A stretch of DNA of 63,917 nucleotides from Negaprion brevirostris (lineage: Eukaryota), in NCBI GenBank assembly GCA_030324005.1, contig JARDVH010000130.1:32912369-32976285 (forward strand), in the 5' to 3' direction. The translations under genes were made by a program, and so were the position numbers. This document shows, piece after piece, positions 37,948 to 51,159 of this stretch. The notes beneath the pieces are model-generated. The model was not told where the DNA came from. It made no database searches and saw only the letters and a list, made by a program, of their open reading frames with translations. Every line of letters starts with the position of its first letter. The first letter of the stretch is position 1.

Positions 37948-39254
37948 AAGTCATGCGTGATACCTTACCATTCGCGTTGAGGCAGCTTTGACACTGAGAC
38001 CAGGAGGAAACTGGGTTGGGAGGACATTGGGTTGACGAACTGACAAGTTCATGCCATCAGCCAATCTTGCCAGAAGCAGGCTGGAAGTGTTAAGGGCTCC
38101 TCCCTACAGCAGCAGATAGCCATTTTGATTATATAAGCATCTGCTTGTGGGCAGATTGGGGATGTCACTAAGATCTTCCCAGCGCTGGTGGGATCCCCAG
38201 TGAAACCAGTCCTGACAGATGTCTGGCAGCATCAGGACAGGTGGCCCTATGAGGCCTCATATACCTATCTAGTCCACCAGAGCCATAGAGACAAGTGGTT
38301 AATATTTGCAGCCGCAGGCTGTTCCATGTCGGGGCTTACACTCCACAGCGCTGGCCACAGTTTATTTAAATATGAATACATCTTCTGATGGAGCCTCAAG
38401 ATGGAGGGGGATTCAGAGTAGTTATACCACGGGAGTGGGGGCTAAAAGGATTAGATCATGATGATTGATTGCATAGAATAAACTTTTATTCTCTTGAGTA
38501 CAGATGGTAAAGAGATGTATTTATTGACGTTTTAAGATGATTGAAGGATTGACTATGATAGATAGAGTGGGGAAGTCCAGAACAAGGGAACATAACTTAA
38601 AATTAGAGGTGGCCGTTCAAGGCTCTCCCAAAAAGCTGTTAGAGTTAAGTAAAAATTTCAAAACTGAGACTGGTAGATTTTTGAGATAAGGGTGTTAAGT
38701 GATGTGAAACAAAAGCAGGTAAATGGAGTTGAGATTATAGATCAACCATAATCTACTTGAATGGCGGGCAGAACAGGCTCAGAAATTGAAGGTCTCCTCT
38801 AGTTTCTTTGTCCCTTATACACACTGCAACCATGGTGCACCAGTGGTGAAGGGAGTTCCTCTTTGTGTATATCTGTTAAATTTAAGTAGCTTTCTAATTT
38901 AAGCTTCTCATTTTCTCAATCGATATGGTTGTTTGAATTTCTAATATTAATCAAGAATAATTTGTTCAGCACACAGAACAAGATGTTTCTTTTTGCCCTC
39001 AATTGCTGGCTGCAAGGATAAAACTTATCTCTAAAGCTGATTTTCACAGTCCAGTGAATAAAGGCATTGCTTAGCTCACAATGAGCCACAAAGTCCCAGC
39101 AGGAAGGTTCCAAGATGCATTCTTGATCTGCAGCGAGTGACCCATCTTGGTAGGATAGTGGCAGTGATCTACAATTAGCATCAGCATCCTAGAGTCCAAT
39201 GGAAGAAAATCCAGCTCTGGCTGGTTATTCAGAAAATGCACCTCTCCTTCCCTC

Positions 39255-39612
39255 TTTTTTTTATTCATTCGTGGGACACCGACGTTGCTGGCTAGTCAGC
39301 CTTCATTGCCCAACCCTAGTTAGCTGAGGGCAATTGAGAGCCAAACACATTGCTGTGTCTCTGGTGTCACATGTAGGCCAGACCTGATAATGACGGCAGA
39401 TTTGCTTCCCTAAAGAACATTAGTGAACCAAATGAGTTTTTCCAACAATCAACGATGGTTTCATGGTCATCATTAGATTCTTAAGCCCAGATTTTTTTTT
39501 ATCAAATTCAAATTCTACCATCCGTCGTGGTGGGATTCGAACCCATGTCCCAGAACATTAGCTGAGTTTCTGGATTAATAGTTTATTGATAATACCACTA
39601 GGCCATTGCCTC
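39255..39612 (-). mobile_element. tRNA-derived SINE (same family as 836-1731)
   Basis: Reverse complement of the family body: gtcacatgtaggccagacc...ggtttcatggtcatc...gtgggattcgaaccc. Confidence 0.8.
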
Positions 39613-39792
39613 CTCTGATGCAAGGCCTCACATAAGTTAGAAAAACTGGGGGAAGTGAATTTGGAAATTCTTAAAGAAAATTGTTGTAATGGGCTACTCC
39701 CAGAAACGTTTCTATAAGGTGTTACACTGAATGTAAAAATGGCTGCTATCAGATCTGTGGTCCATTGAGTTTTAGAAAGAAAAACAAACAAT

Positions 39793-39920
39793 GGGCAGGA
39801 TTTTACAGCCTCCTCATCCCAAAACTGTAAAGTCCCACCCAAGGTCAGTGGACCTTTCCATGACCCGCCCCTTGCCTGCTCCAATTCCCATGGCAGGGCA
39901 GGAAGGTAAAATTCCAACAC
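39793..39920. mobile_element. Short MITE (same family as 29304-29430)
   Basis: gggcaggattttac...cccacccaaggtcagtggacctttc...gtaaaattcca. Confidence 0.6.
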
Positions 39921-40595
39921 TTGTATTTACATAGCACTTTTCATGATCTCAGGATCTCAGAATATTGAAAGTGCTTTCCAGCCCATAAAATACTTTTGAC
40001 CTCAAATCACTGTTGTAATATTGAGAGATCTGGCAACTAATTTGCACATAGCAAGGTCCCACAAACAGCAATGAGTTCATCTATTTTTTGCAATGTTAGT
40101 TGAAGAAATAAATGTTGGGTATGACATTGGAGAAATCCCCTCCAGAATAGCATCTGAGAGAGCAGATGGGACCTTGGTTCAACGTCTAATTGAAAAATCA
40201 GCACCTCTGATAGTGCAATGCTGCCTCATAACTGCATTAGAAGTTGCCCTTGTAATGACAAAGGAAGCCTGACTGGAAACAAAACCTAGTTTATTACCAA
40301 ATGCAAAATAAAACCACTAGCATGATGTACACACATTAGTCCCTGCGTGGGACTACAATTCCACAGGCACAATCCTGGGCCTGCCTTATAAACAGCTCAG
40401 ATAATGTGTGCCAGTTGGGTGGGCCACTGCCTGTTACCAGGGGCACTCAAAATCAACAAGCCCCACAGGAAGACCAATCAATGATTCCCCATGGAGCTTG
40501 TTGGAGTTATCGCAATCCTCAAATCTTCTGGAATGGGATTTTAACACTGAACCTTCTGATTCAGAGAATATTCTGAGCCTGCACTCCAAGGCTAG
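39921..40595 (-). mobile_element. Deu-domain SINE containing a putative solo LTR (40251-40514)
   Basis: aatttgcacatagcaaggtcccacaaacagcaatg (Deu core, reversed). An inserted TG...CA block carries reversed polyA (tttatt) and TATA (ttataa) signals. Confidence 0.6.
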
Positions 40596-40604
40596 CTCAA
40601 ATCA

Positions 40605-40990
40605 TTTTTAAAAAATTAATTCTAGAAATGTGATGTCTCCGGCAAGACTGGCCTTTATTGCTCATCCCTGTTGCCTGATGTTTTTGAAGTAGATTGATAC
40701 AACTGAGTGGCTTGCTAGGCCACTTCAAAGGGCAGTTAAGAATGAAATAAATTGGTGTGGGATTGGAGTCACATTTAGGCAATATGGGTTAAAAATGGCA
40801 TGTTTCCTTCTCCGAAGAACACGTGTGAACCAGTTTTTTCAATAACAATCTGACATCTCCATGATCATTTCTACCTATCCCAGCTTTTATATCTTTTTCA
40901 AATTGAATTCAAATTCTTGAATTGCAATGGTTGGGATTTGATCCCATGTTCTTCAGATCATTAGACCTGACCTCTGGGGTACTATTTCAG
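40605..40990 (-). mobile_element. tRNA-derived SINE (same family as 836-1731)
   Basis: ggcctttattgctcatccctgttgcc...ctgagtggcttgctaggcc...gggatttgatccc. Confidence 0.7.
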
Positions 40991-41883
40991 AAAGACCAGC
41001 CCTAGTGTCTCATTTTTAATTCAATTCTACAGATCCTCAATGCGCCCTCACCTGGAATATAGTTTTGGTGTCCTTATCTAAGGCAAGATATACTTGCCAT
41101 AGTGAGAGTGCAAAGAAGGTTCACCAGACTAACCCCAGAGATAGTGAGATTGTTTTATATGGAAAGACTGCGAAAACTGGGCCTGTATTCTCTGGAGTTT
41201 TGAACAATGAGAAGTGATCTCCTTGAAATTTGCAAATCCTTACAGGGTAGATGTTGATAGGATGGAAATTAGATGCAGACCATTTGGCTGCTCTGCCATT
41301 TATTTGATCATGGCTGATCATCAAATTCAATATCCTGATCCCATCTCTCTCCCCACTCTGCCCCACCCCCTCCATAGCCCTTGATTCCTTTAGCCCCAAG
41401 AAGTGTTTTTACTGGCTGGTAACTCCAGAACCAAAGGAAACCCAGTATCAGAATAAGGGCAGGNNNNNNNNNNNNNNNNNNNNNNNNNNNNNNNNNNNNN
41501 NATAAATTTTTGGAACTCTCTATCTTAGAGGACTGCAAAAGCTCAATCATTGAGCTGGTTCAAGACAAATTGATAGATTTCTGGATACTAATTACATTCT
41601 GGGATATGGGAATAGTGGGCAAAAATGGAATTGAGGTAGATGGTCAGACATAATCTGTTTGAATAGCAGAGCTGGCTCAATGAACTGAATGGCCTTCTCC
41701 TGCTCCTATATCATTTTTATCTGATTGTACTTCTGTGAAATATCTTGGGATGTTTCACTACATAGAAGGAGCTCTGAAAATCCAAATTGTTGTCACTCAG
41801 CCTGCTGTTGAGTTTCATATAAATCAATTCCAGTGTTCACTGTTCTTCTCCCATGAATATTTGTCTATTTCCTTTTCTTTCAG

Positions 41884-41989
41884 TCACTATTTGAGCGTCA
41901 AGGTATGCCTTCAAAGTCAACACCACCGTCTGTACCAGAGAAACCACACATCTCAATGCCAAGAGGAATGTCAAGGACAAAATCTATAG
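41884..41989 (+). CDS. SHANK3: SHANK3 internal exon (SLFERQGMPSKSTPPSVPEKPHISMPRGMSRTKSIG)
   Basis: Acceptor ttccttttctttcag, donor G|gtaagt, 106 nt, phase 0 to 1. SLFERQG...RTKS matches SHANK3, and the phases fit both neighbouring exons. Confidence 0.95.
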
Positions 41990-43068
41990 GTAAGTTTATC
42001 ATGTTAACTTGTAGTGAATCTCTCTCCCCAGCAGTTCAATTAATAAATTCTTGGGCTGATGTGGAAGTGGTCAATGTGGGACTTTCAGACCTCAAGATCA
42101 ATCTCCTGCCAATACCAAGTTACATCACATTGACCAGGGCAATAGGAAAGATCTTAGAGTTGGTCCATGAGGAAAGAGCAGGAGAAAAGTCTATTTAGCA
42201 CCCCTTCCCCTTCTAAAAAGAGTAGATTTCTGGATGGGTGCTGGGCAGTGGTGACCTCTGAAGTAGAATAGCCCAGACACACTGCCTACGCTCTTACATG
42301 GCTCACTGGGGGTCAGTACAACAGAGTGGAAAAGGAGGGGTGGGGGGAATGGAATAAATAATCTGACAGTGTTGTTAAAACTCCTGGTTTGTTTTAGCTC
42401 CTCAGGTATCATATAGTTGAATCATATTCATTTTTATTAACACTGACGTATAACATTTTCCAATGAGATTTCAGATTTATTTATTTTTGATTTAGTTTGC
42501 TCTCCCCTCCCCTGCCTGCCACTTTGCACCTTCACGTGAGCTTTGACAGTTACCTGTTCAACTGTGCCCATCATTGCCAGCTAAACCCATCTTGTCCTCA
42601 CTCAGCATCTAGACATGGATTTCCAAACAGCTACCATTCAATCATGACCAGGACAGGGTGCCCTTGGTGATTCTTCTTTCCTGCACTCTGAACAGCCCTA
42701 CACAGGGACACATGGAACAAGAAAGTACAGTAATCAATTATAAAACTTCCATAAATCCTTCAATATTTTGAGGGTGGGGGCCAAAATCATTGATTGAATA
42801 AATTGCTGCTCAAAATTAAAGACAAAGAGGTCAGGACTGCCATCGCCATACAAGATGCCAAAATTCAAAAAGCACAGGAGGACTCTTTGAAATAAATTGT
42901 TACAGCAGTGCCATCTTTAAAACTTACATAGCATTTAAATTTCTCACCTAACCTTTAAAGCAACATGGACGGATAAAAAAATTAACATTACCAAATCAAT
43001 TTGGACTGATCCAAAAGCTACACAAAATTGGGGACTTAAGCAGAAAGGATTCTTAAGATACATGACAG

Positions 43069-45350
43069 TGTCATGCCCAGAATACATGACAAATAGATCT
43101 ATATGTTTATATCATGCTGGCTACTGTATAAAATTATTTTTTTAGTTGGATAAAGGCTTCATACTGGCTGAAGCCTGACTAGCTATGACTCACACAAAAG
43201 GAATTTCTAGCCTTCAGGAAAAAGCAGGAATCAATTTATCTCTAAACAGGCTGTAAACAGTAATACCTCAGTGATTGCAGAAGTCAAATTTCAAAGAAAT
43301 GCACAAAGACCCTTTACATTTTGAAGGAAGAGCTCTGGAGATGATCCATCTGCAAGGACAAAAGGGCCCTGAAACCTCTGAAACTTATTACTCGATGCAG
43401 CATTAACATCTCAAGAATCCAGATCAGAAAGTGGGAGTTATGTCACATGCCCCTCCCCCAAGCTGCTGGAACTTGTCATGTGAAGCTTAACAAAGGCAGT
43501 CTGCTATCTTCCATCAACAAAACAGCAGCAGAATCATGGCTCTGTCCAAGTTAAAATTTCCTGGCCCTTATCCACACTGTTTTCTACTAGAACATCTGAC
43601 CTTCTGTATAGTGCCTACTATTAGACTAATTGATCTCTGTGTAATTCTCTTATCATGGAAGTCAATTTTACTGGAACAGTGGATCAACCCACATCAGATT
43701 TGGCCTGCTTACCCATTAGAAGGAATACATCATTGTACTTTTGATTCTGGACTGATATGAAACAATAATTCTTACTTTTGTCTGCAGTTTCTGCCCTGAA
43801 CCCCTTTCTTTCCCTTATCCCTATTTTGTTGTGTGAATATACTGGGGACTACATTGTGAACTCCTTCCCACATTTAAATTGTAGGAATAATAAACTAACT
43901 CTTTGATTTGGCTCTATCTCATGTTTGCTGTGAGGTTAATAGTCAAGATTTGGACCACCCCAGAACTCAGAGATTGGGGAAATACGCCACCACTTATAAA
44001 GGGAGAAATCAAAAAAACTTTTGGATTGGATAGATGGTGAGAGGAGGAATCAAGGCTGTTTTAAATTGAATTCCTTCCTGTGCATAACAAATTGGGAGCT
44101 CATGACTGGGGATAAAAAACAGTTTGAATATGCCTAGAGTCCAAATTAAGAGACAAGGCAAATTTGATGTGAGAGATCCTATTGGAAACAAAGGGAACAA
44201 TCGGGTGGCTGGAACAAATTTTAAAATGCAATTAACATACCACAGTAAATTCCTTTTCCCGAGCAATAAGAAAATGGCATCATTTGATGCCCAGGTGTTT
44301 GTTCAGCGTAGAAATTTAAACAATGAACCTTTGGTGGCCCTTAGCACAGAACATTTGAAAACTGCAGCTTGGGAGGTACAATTAAAATTGTCCAGCAAAA
44401 TCAAAAGAGAGAATTGATCCAGTTGGTAAAACATTTGGATTTCATGTTACCAGTAGAGCAGTTACATGAAGAGCTCAATCATGACTCCAAATCTCTTGCT
44501 CTCAGCAATTGTGAGCTGGATAAGCTTAAATTGCAGCAAGAATTTCAAGCGAGGAAGAGAGACAGATAATTGGAAGCAGCAAGGAAAAGTTTCTCTATGC
44601 AGTGGTACCCCTTATACTCTTAACCCCGAACCAGTCTCTGAGGTCCTCAAGTACACGACATTCTTTCCCAAATTTGAAGAGAATGATGTGGAATCATTTT
44701 TTACTACCTTTGAGAAAATAACAGACAGCTGAAACGGCCCTCAGATCTCTGCCCATTTTTAACTAAAGGGCAGCTGCCTGGTAGAGTCCAGGGAGTCTAA
44801 GCTATGCTACCTTTCAATATGTCACTGAATTATGAGCAGATCAAAGCAGCCATCTTAAGAAACGTATCAGTCCTGGAGGTGTGTCATTAGCAATTCTGGA
44901 ATGCTCATAAGAAGCCCACACAAACCTACATTGAGTTTGAATGGCCGATGCAAATAGTGTTTGACTAATGGGTAAGGTCTCTAAAAGTTCCACGCACATA
45001 TGGAGGATTGTATGAATTAGTACTACTGGAGGAATTTAAAAATTGCCTTCCCTCCAACCTGCAAGTTCACCGAGAGGAGCAGACCATCCTCACAGCCAGG
45101 GATTCGTCAGTCACAGTAGACAGTTAGGAACTCATCCATAGGCCTATAAACTCAGGCAGATCCTTACCAAAAAGCATCATACCCATGAGCATTGGAGAGA
45201 TCAGCAGGGTGATCTAGATAGGAAAGGCCCCCCCCTTCCCACCACAATCCAGAAAAGAAAAGCGGATGAAAGGAGCCCCCAGGCTGCCCAAAAGGAGAGC
45301 TCTCAAAGGCCGATGTGTTGTCATTGCAACACAGGAGCCACTCAGCCCTT
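43069..45350 (+). mobile_element. Gypsy (Gmr1-like) LTR retrotransposon relic: 5' LTR, PBS and gag with a SCAN-like capsid
   Basis: Putative LTR tgtcatg(43069)...taaca(44089). Degenerate tRNA-Pro PBS tgggagctcatgactggggat (44093-44113). Gag PKFEENDVESFFTTFEK...YEQIKAAIL...LYELVLLEEFKNCLP (about 44640-45140), with stops. Confidence 0.7.
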
Positions 45351-46899
45351 AATATTGGAGGGAAATAAACCTACCCCTGAGTCCTCCCTAAAGAGCAGAG
45401 CATTGATTAGTGGAGTGGGAGGAGGTTCCATTTTTTCACCATGCTACAAGGTCCACTGAGAATATGACCTTTCTTCAGATTCTGTTAAACTGGAAACTGT
45501 CCCAAAGCTACCAGTAGCAAGAATGGATTTCCTCCTTAAGAACAATTTGGCTACAGCAAGGTGATGTCCAGCGAAAGAAATACCAAGCAGCAGAAAACTG
45601 CAGAAGAGAGGAAAGCTGGAAAAGATCCAAAGGCCCAAAAGGGTGAAATAGCACCCATAGACTTGGAGCAAGAAGTGATCGAAAGTAACTGAGTCAAAGC
45701 AAGGCCAGTGAAATTAAAAGAGACCCTGAAAAGGCCCCTAGAATCTGAACTTGATTCACCAAGTTGCCCAGAATTAAATAAGGACCAGAGGTGTCCAAGA
45801 GCAGGGAAAGAAATAGTGAGGGAAATGCCCCACATAGCTGAAGAACCTGAAAGAAGATAGGTTACTAAGCCTGGAAAGGAAAGGTTAAGGACTTCCCTGA
45901 AGTATAGCTCGCAGAATTTTTCTTCCTGACGTTAAATAATGGCAAAGAGAGTTCCCAGCCCAATAAGCAGGTAGGGAGTGAGATGCCTCCACTTGTCGAA
46001 AAGGCACAAGGGGGTGTAGTTGGAATTGTACATCCAGTTTGGAGACCACCTCCTCCCAAGCCATAGGCCCCAGATTGGAAGTTATTAATTGGACTGCTGG
46101 TAGTTTTATGACAAATTTAAATGTGGACCAGAAAGGTTCCCAAAACTGGCCCAGAAAAATTGAAAGTAAAGCCTCACTTAGTTGAAAAATTGCTGGAATT
46201 TACAGTGAGAGCTGACCATCCACCAGTGAGCATTACTGTACCAAAAGCCCACCCCCTAGNNNNNNNNNNNNNNNNNNNNNNNNNNNNNNNNNNNNNNNNN
46301 NNNNNNNNNNNNNNNNNNNNNNNNNNNNNNNNNNNNNNNNNNNNNNNNNNNNNNNNNNNGCTGACCATCCCCCAGGGAGCATTACTGTACCAAAAGCACA
46401 ACACCTACCCCCCCCGCCCCCCCCCCCCCCCCTCCCCAATGGACCAGCAGAGGGCCCTCTACCAGATTGGACCATAATGCAAAATTGCAGGCTGACCAGA
46501 CAGGGTTATCCATCCTACTTGATACAATCCATAAACTTCCATCAGTCTGCAGCACTGTTCCTCTCCTGAATAGATGTGGGAGAGGCATCTGCCAGAAGGC
46601 CACTTTCCTATCATTCAGGTCCAGAAAGACTACTGCCAAGTGCCCACCTGTTGTCCTGCCAACCCACAGCACCTAGCACCAGAATGTGGAACTCTCCAGT
46701 TGTGCTAGCACCCAAGGCGATCCTGAACAAGAATCCTCTAAAGAGGCCAGAGACCTTTTGAAACACCCAACTCTCCTGGACTTCAGCCTAACCCCAGTTC
46801 CTGGGTCCAAACAACGAAGCCCATGGAGTTACCCAAGTGGACAGACATGAGCTAAGCTGGACAGTAAAAATCAAAAAATATCTTTTTGTTTACAAATGG

Positions 46900-49142
46900 G
46901 TGGTGAGAGAAGAAATCAGGGCTGCTTTAAACTAAGCCTGTCTGAAACAATAGCTTCAGGATTATATAAAAAGACAGGAGCTGAAGAAGTGAATACTCAA
47001 CTTCATTCAGCCGGTCAGATTGCGATGATACTATTGCAATGCATGGAATAAACAAATCCTCAGATAAACCTGATGAAGTCCTAAAATCATTTAATACATA
47101 CGTTAATCGAAGAAGCAACAAAATTTTAGGAAGAACAAAATTCAACAAATGTATCCAACAGCCTCACAAACTGATTGGACTCTTTTGTGAACAATTATAT
47201 ATATTAGTTAAAGGCTGTGACCATAGTGACCTAAAATCAGAACTTTTAAAGGACAGAACTGTTGTCAGATGGCTGACGATGCCTATTCAGATAAACTACA
47301 AGCCAAAGAAGATTTGACTCTAGGAAAGACCGTCCAAATAGTCAGACAGTCTGAAACCCACCAATCCATTTAACGTAATAATCCGTGAAATCGAGGTACC
47401 ACACCAATAAGAGACCCAACTGTACTTCTTCAGTGAGGCCAAGAGTCCTGGATTCTCTTTGTGGACATGTCGGTGAACAATCCCTTCATCAACTTCAAGT
47501 TGGACGCAGGAGCCTGTGTTGTGGTCCTCTTTAACAAAGGGCTGTGGCCGATGACACAATATCTGATGCCTTCTACAACACAGATACATAGAGCAAGCAG
47601 CATCAAGTTCCCAGTTAAAGGCACATTGCAGGTGACACTCCAATATAAAGATTAACAAATACGGGCAACATTATTCATATCCCAAAATCAAGAATTTGCC
47701 CTTTTAAGCAGAAAGGCAAGGGAATCGAACTTAGATCCCTGGCACTGTGAGGCAGTTGTGCTAACCACTGTGCCATCATGCCACTCAAGGGTGTATGCCA
47801 AGCCTGTGGGCCTGTTCAAATCCTGATAGATACTACACCCACTCATGAAGCAAATGCCCAACAACTGGACGAAATGACCAAAATGGGAATAACTCAAACA
47901 ACCGAATGGTGTTCCAAAATGGCCCCAGTTCCGAAGCAAAATGAGTCCATCCATATCTGTGTCGACCTGATACAATTTTTAGCAAGACAATGGCATCAGT
48001 GGAAGATGGCATGAACAAGCTATTCAAAAGCACAATATTTTCAAATCTTGATGATGACACTGATTTCTGGCAACTTCCGCTAGATGACAAATCCAGATTG
48101 TTGACTATGTTTATGACCCTCTTTGCAGACTGTTTACCATTTGACCTTACCTCAGCTCTCAAGAATTTTGAATGCATTATTTCAGCCATTTTGAAAGGGC
48201 TGGAGGGTTTTGTCTGCCATATGGATGATATTCTGGTCCATGGCATGACTGAGAAACATGGGAGGACCTTAGAATGACTGCTTTAGAATGCTTGCAAGAA
48301 GCAGGGTTGATACTTACCAAGAAATGCAAGTTGTGAACAAAGATCCTGATGGGAAGAAAACTCTGCACCCAATTCCCAATACTGCCGAAAAGAATTTATC
48401 ACAGGATGGCAGTGAAGAACTACCAAAATATTCAGGACTAAGAATAGTGGCAGATGTCCACCTACAAAGAAGTTACTGCCATAGAAACCTGTTACCATTA
48501 CACAGAGGGGACAGGATAGTAATCGGGAACTTGAATGAGAGAGTGTTGTCTGGAGAGACAATGACCAGCCATGGTCATAGCTCATCCTTAGACCAGCAGA
48601 TACAATGAGGAAGAATGAGACAAGGCTGCCCCTCATTTCTTGAGGCAAGCCTCCTACTTTACACTTGAGCAAATTAGAAGAAGACAATCAAATGCCAAAA
48701 ACACAGATTGCAGCTCAAACTTTGAATCAACAAAAGTTGCCCAAGTTAACAGAGGCCACCACTTCTCTGCATGTGACCAGAATGAGATCTAGAAAAATTA
48801 TNNNNNNNNNNATAAAGTCAGACTTACAGGGAAGACAAAGGGTCATGAAAATACATTGGCTAAAGACTTGGGAGAGGTGTAGTATAAGAGTATCTCACAT
48901 AGCAAGAGTTATTGTGAGACTGGGAAACAGTACCACTCAGTGTGATGTAAACAGACACGTGACTTGAGACTGGGTTCACCTGTGACCTAGATGGAGCCCT
49001 GTGTGGAGGCAAGTATGAAGTTAATTAATAGTTTAGGCCACACTCAGTAAATATGTATATAGTTATGTCTTACCAATAAACAGTTAATATTTAACCATAC
49101 AAGAATCAGAACCGCTTCAGGAGACCTACTGAACATACAACA
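46900..49142 (+). mobile_element. Gypsy LTR retrotransposon relic: gag, protease, RT, PPT and 3' LTR
   Basis: Gag LKSELLKDRTVV, protease FKLDAGA, RT WCSKMAPVPKQNESIHICVDL...FWQLPL...CHMDDILVHG, PPT gggagagg (48870-48877), and LTR tgtagtat(48878)...atacaaca(49142) containing aataaa. Confidence 0.85.
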
Positions 49143-49689
49143 TTCATCACCTCTTTAATCATATCCCTAGACCCTCGACCCAGCCCCCCAAATCTGTCCC
49201 CCTCCTCTCCCCATGATTGAAGGCAAATGAGGAACTTCCTTGGATCAATTAGTTAAGCAATTAAGAGGCTTGAAAAGCCAGGTAGAACAGATTTACCTTC
49301 AATTCTGGATTTCTCAGCCAAGGCACCTGATTCCCAATTTGTCAGCAGTTCCTTGGAATCAACTTAGGTGTGCACACAGTGGTGAAAGCTTCTTTACTGA
49401 AACAGACAAGCTGCGAACTCTTTGATCAGTGAAACTCCAGCCATGGCCAAATGATAGCTGCTATCAAAGTACCTCTTCTCTCAGAGAGTGAAATCTCTGC
49501 CTGATAGGCAATTGCCAACTTCTTGCAAGACATTTCACCCCTTAGTAAATCATCTTTAGCTGCTCTTCCCTGTTGCCAAACTTCACCACAACATAGGAGC
49601 AGCTTATATAGCTCGACCATGCACCTCTCTGCTTCTGATGAAGAACAATAGAGAAGTAACACCAGTAACAACAGCCCCAGCAACAGGAG

Positions 49690-49900
49690 CAAGAAGTGCC
49701 GTTTTCTCCTTAGCCTGATGCAGCGAGGATGGAAACCGAGATCCAACAAACCATCTGTAGGCACCAGTATCTCTGCAGGCTCAGACTCTCACTGTCGGTC
49801 ACTGAATACATGTTCAGCCTCGTGGAACTAAACATTCTTCCCAATGGAGCAGGTGGACATGCATTGTCAATGGCCCATAAGGTGCCTATCACTGGGGAAG
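49690..49900 (+). mobile_element. Second Harbinger transposase N-terminal relic
   Basis: CRLRLSLSVTEYMFSLVELNILPNGAGGHALSMAHKV resembles HARBI1-like CRRRLRL...GGHALPVAVKV. Confidence 0.55.
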
Positions 49901-50105
49901 CCACTCCTTTCCGCCACTGCTCTTCCCCACCCAACTCAGCTCTCTTCCTCTCACCAATTTGGGAGCTCTCTTCTGCAAGGAGATAATTCAGCGAATTGTG
50001 AGATTTGTTTAGAGAGGAGAGCTAGATAACATTTGTCAAGGGTGACAATGAGATATGGGCATGTGAGGGCAATAGGATGAGGGTGAGTGTGAATTCTGAC
50101 TGCTC

Positions 50106-50425
50106 GGCACAGTGGCACAGTGGTTAGCACTGCTGCCTCACAACAAAGGAACCCGAGTTCAATTCCGGCCTAGGGTGATTGTGTGGGGTTTTCACGTTTC
50201 TCCCGTGTCTGCATCGGTTTCCTCTGGGTGCTCTGATTTCCTCCCACAGTCCAAAGATGTGCAGGTGAAGTTGACTGGCCATGTTACATTGACTCATCGT
50301 ATCAGGGGAATTAGCAGGGTAAATATTGAGGTTACGGGTTAGAGCCTGGGCGGGATTGTTGTCGGTGCAGGTTCAATGAGCCAAATGGCCGCCTTCTGCA
50401 CTGTAGGGATTCTATGATTCTATTC
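50106..50425 (+). mobile_element. HE1-type V-SINE, full length
   Basis: ggcacagtggcacagtggttagcactgctgcctcac...gcactgtagggattctatgattctat. Confidence 0.9.
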
Positions 50426-51011
50426 TCAGGTGGGGATGTGAAGTGCTTATAGAGAAAGCATTGAGTTCAGCTCCTATGTCATTCTCAGGAGCTCTGTGCA
50501 GGAGAATGCTGGGCAAGTCAGAGTGTGAGGCTTGGCATCTGAAATCATTATGCCACTCACCTACCATACCTTCCTGATGTTCTGGATCCCTTTGGTGCAC
50601 ACTTCTGCTGCTGATTTCTTGGGCCACTTCCATCCACAGCTACTTGGTTCACTTCCTCCCATTAGGGAGAGCTCATCTCACTACAGCAGGGTCTCCAGGG
50701 AAGAGCCAGGAGACCAGGGGAATAGCCTTCCTAGAATCCTCTCCATTCCTGTGGTTGCTGTACCCTCAAAAATCCAAGTATTGGTGAACCATTGTAACCC
50801 ATGCCAGGGGCCCTTTAATTAGCAATCCTCCTTTGATAGAACAGGGGAATCGTCTTGCCCTGAGTTCCCTGATCGATCAAGGACCCCAGAGGTGGGATGC
50901 TAATACTGTGCCTCAGGAGACAAGCTTCAGAATAGCTCGCCAATTAATAAATCAGTTTGCAACCATGCAAGTAGTCCCATTGTTCTGGCAAAAACTAAGT
51001 CCACAAACCAT

Positions 51012-51142
51012 TCAAAGTTCTGAAGAAGAGTCATATTGGCTCGAAACAGTAACTCTGTTTCTCTGTCCACTGATGCTGCCAGACCTACTGAGTTTTTCCA
51101 GCACTCCCTATTTTCATTTCAGAGCTCCAGCATCTACTGTAG
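51012..51142 (+). mobile_element. Penelope-like terminal fragment
   Basis: ttctgaagaagagtcatattggctcgaaacagtaactctg...gatgctgccagacctactgagtttttccagca. A similar piece occurs at 23620-23680. Confidence 0.5.
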
Positions 51143-51159
51143 GTAGGGAAGCTGTGCTG

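Noticed and set aside
46200-46400. Direct repeat gctgaccatcc...gagcattactgtaccaaaagc on both sides of a gap
   Set aside because: Cannot tell a real tandem repeat from an overlap artefact at the scaffold gap.
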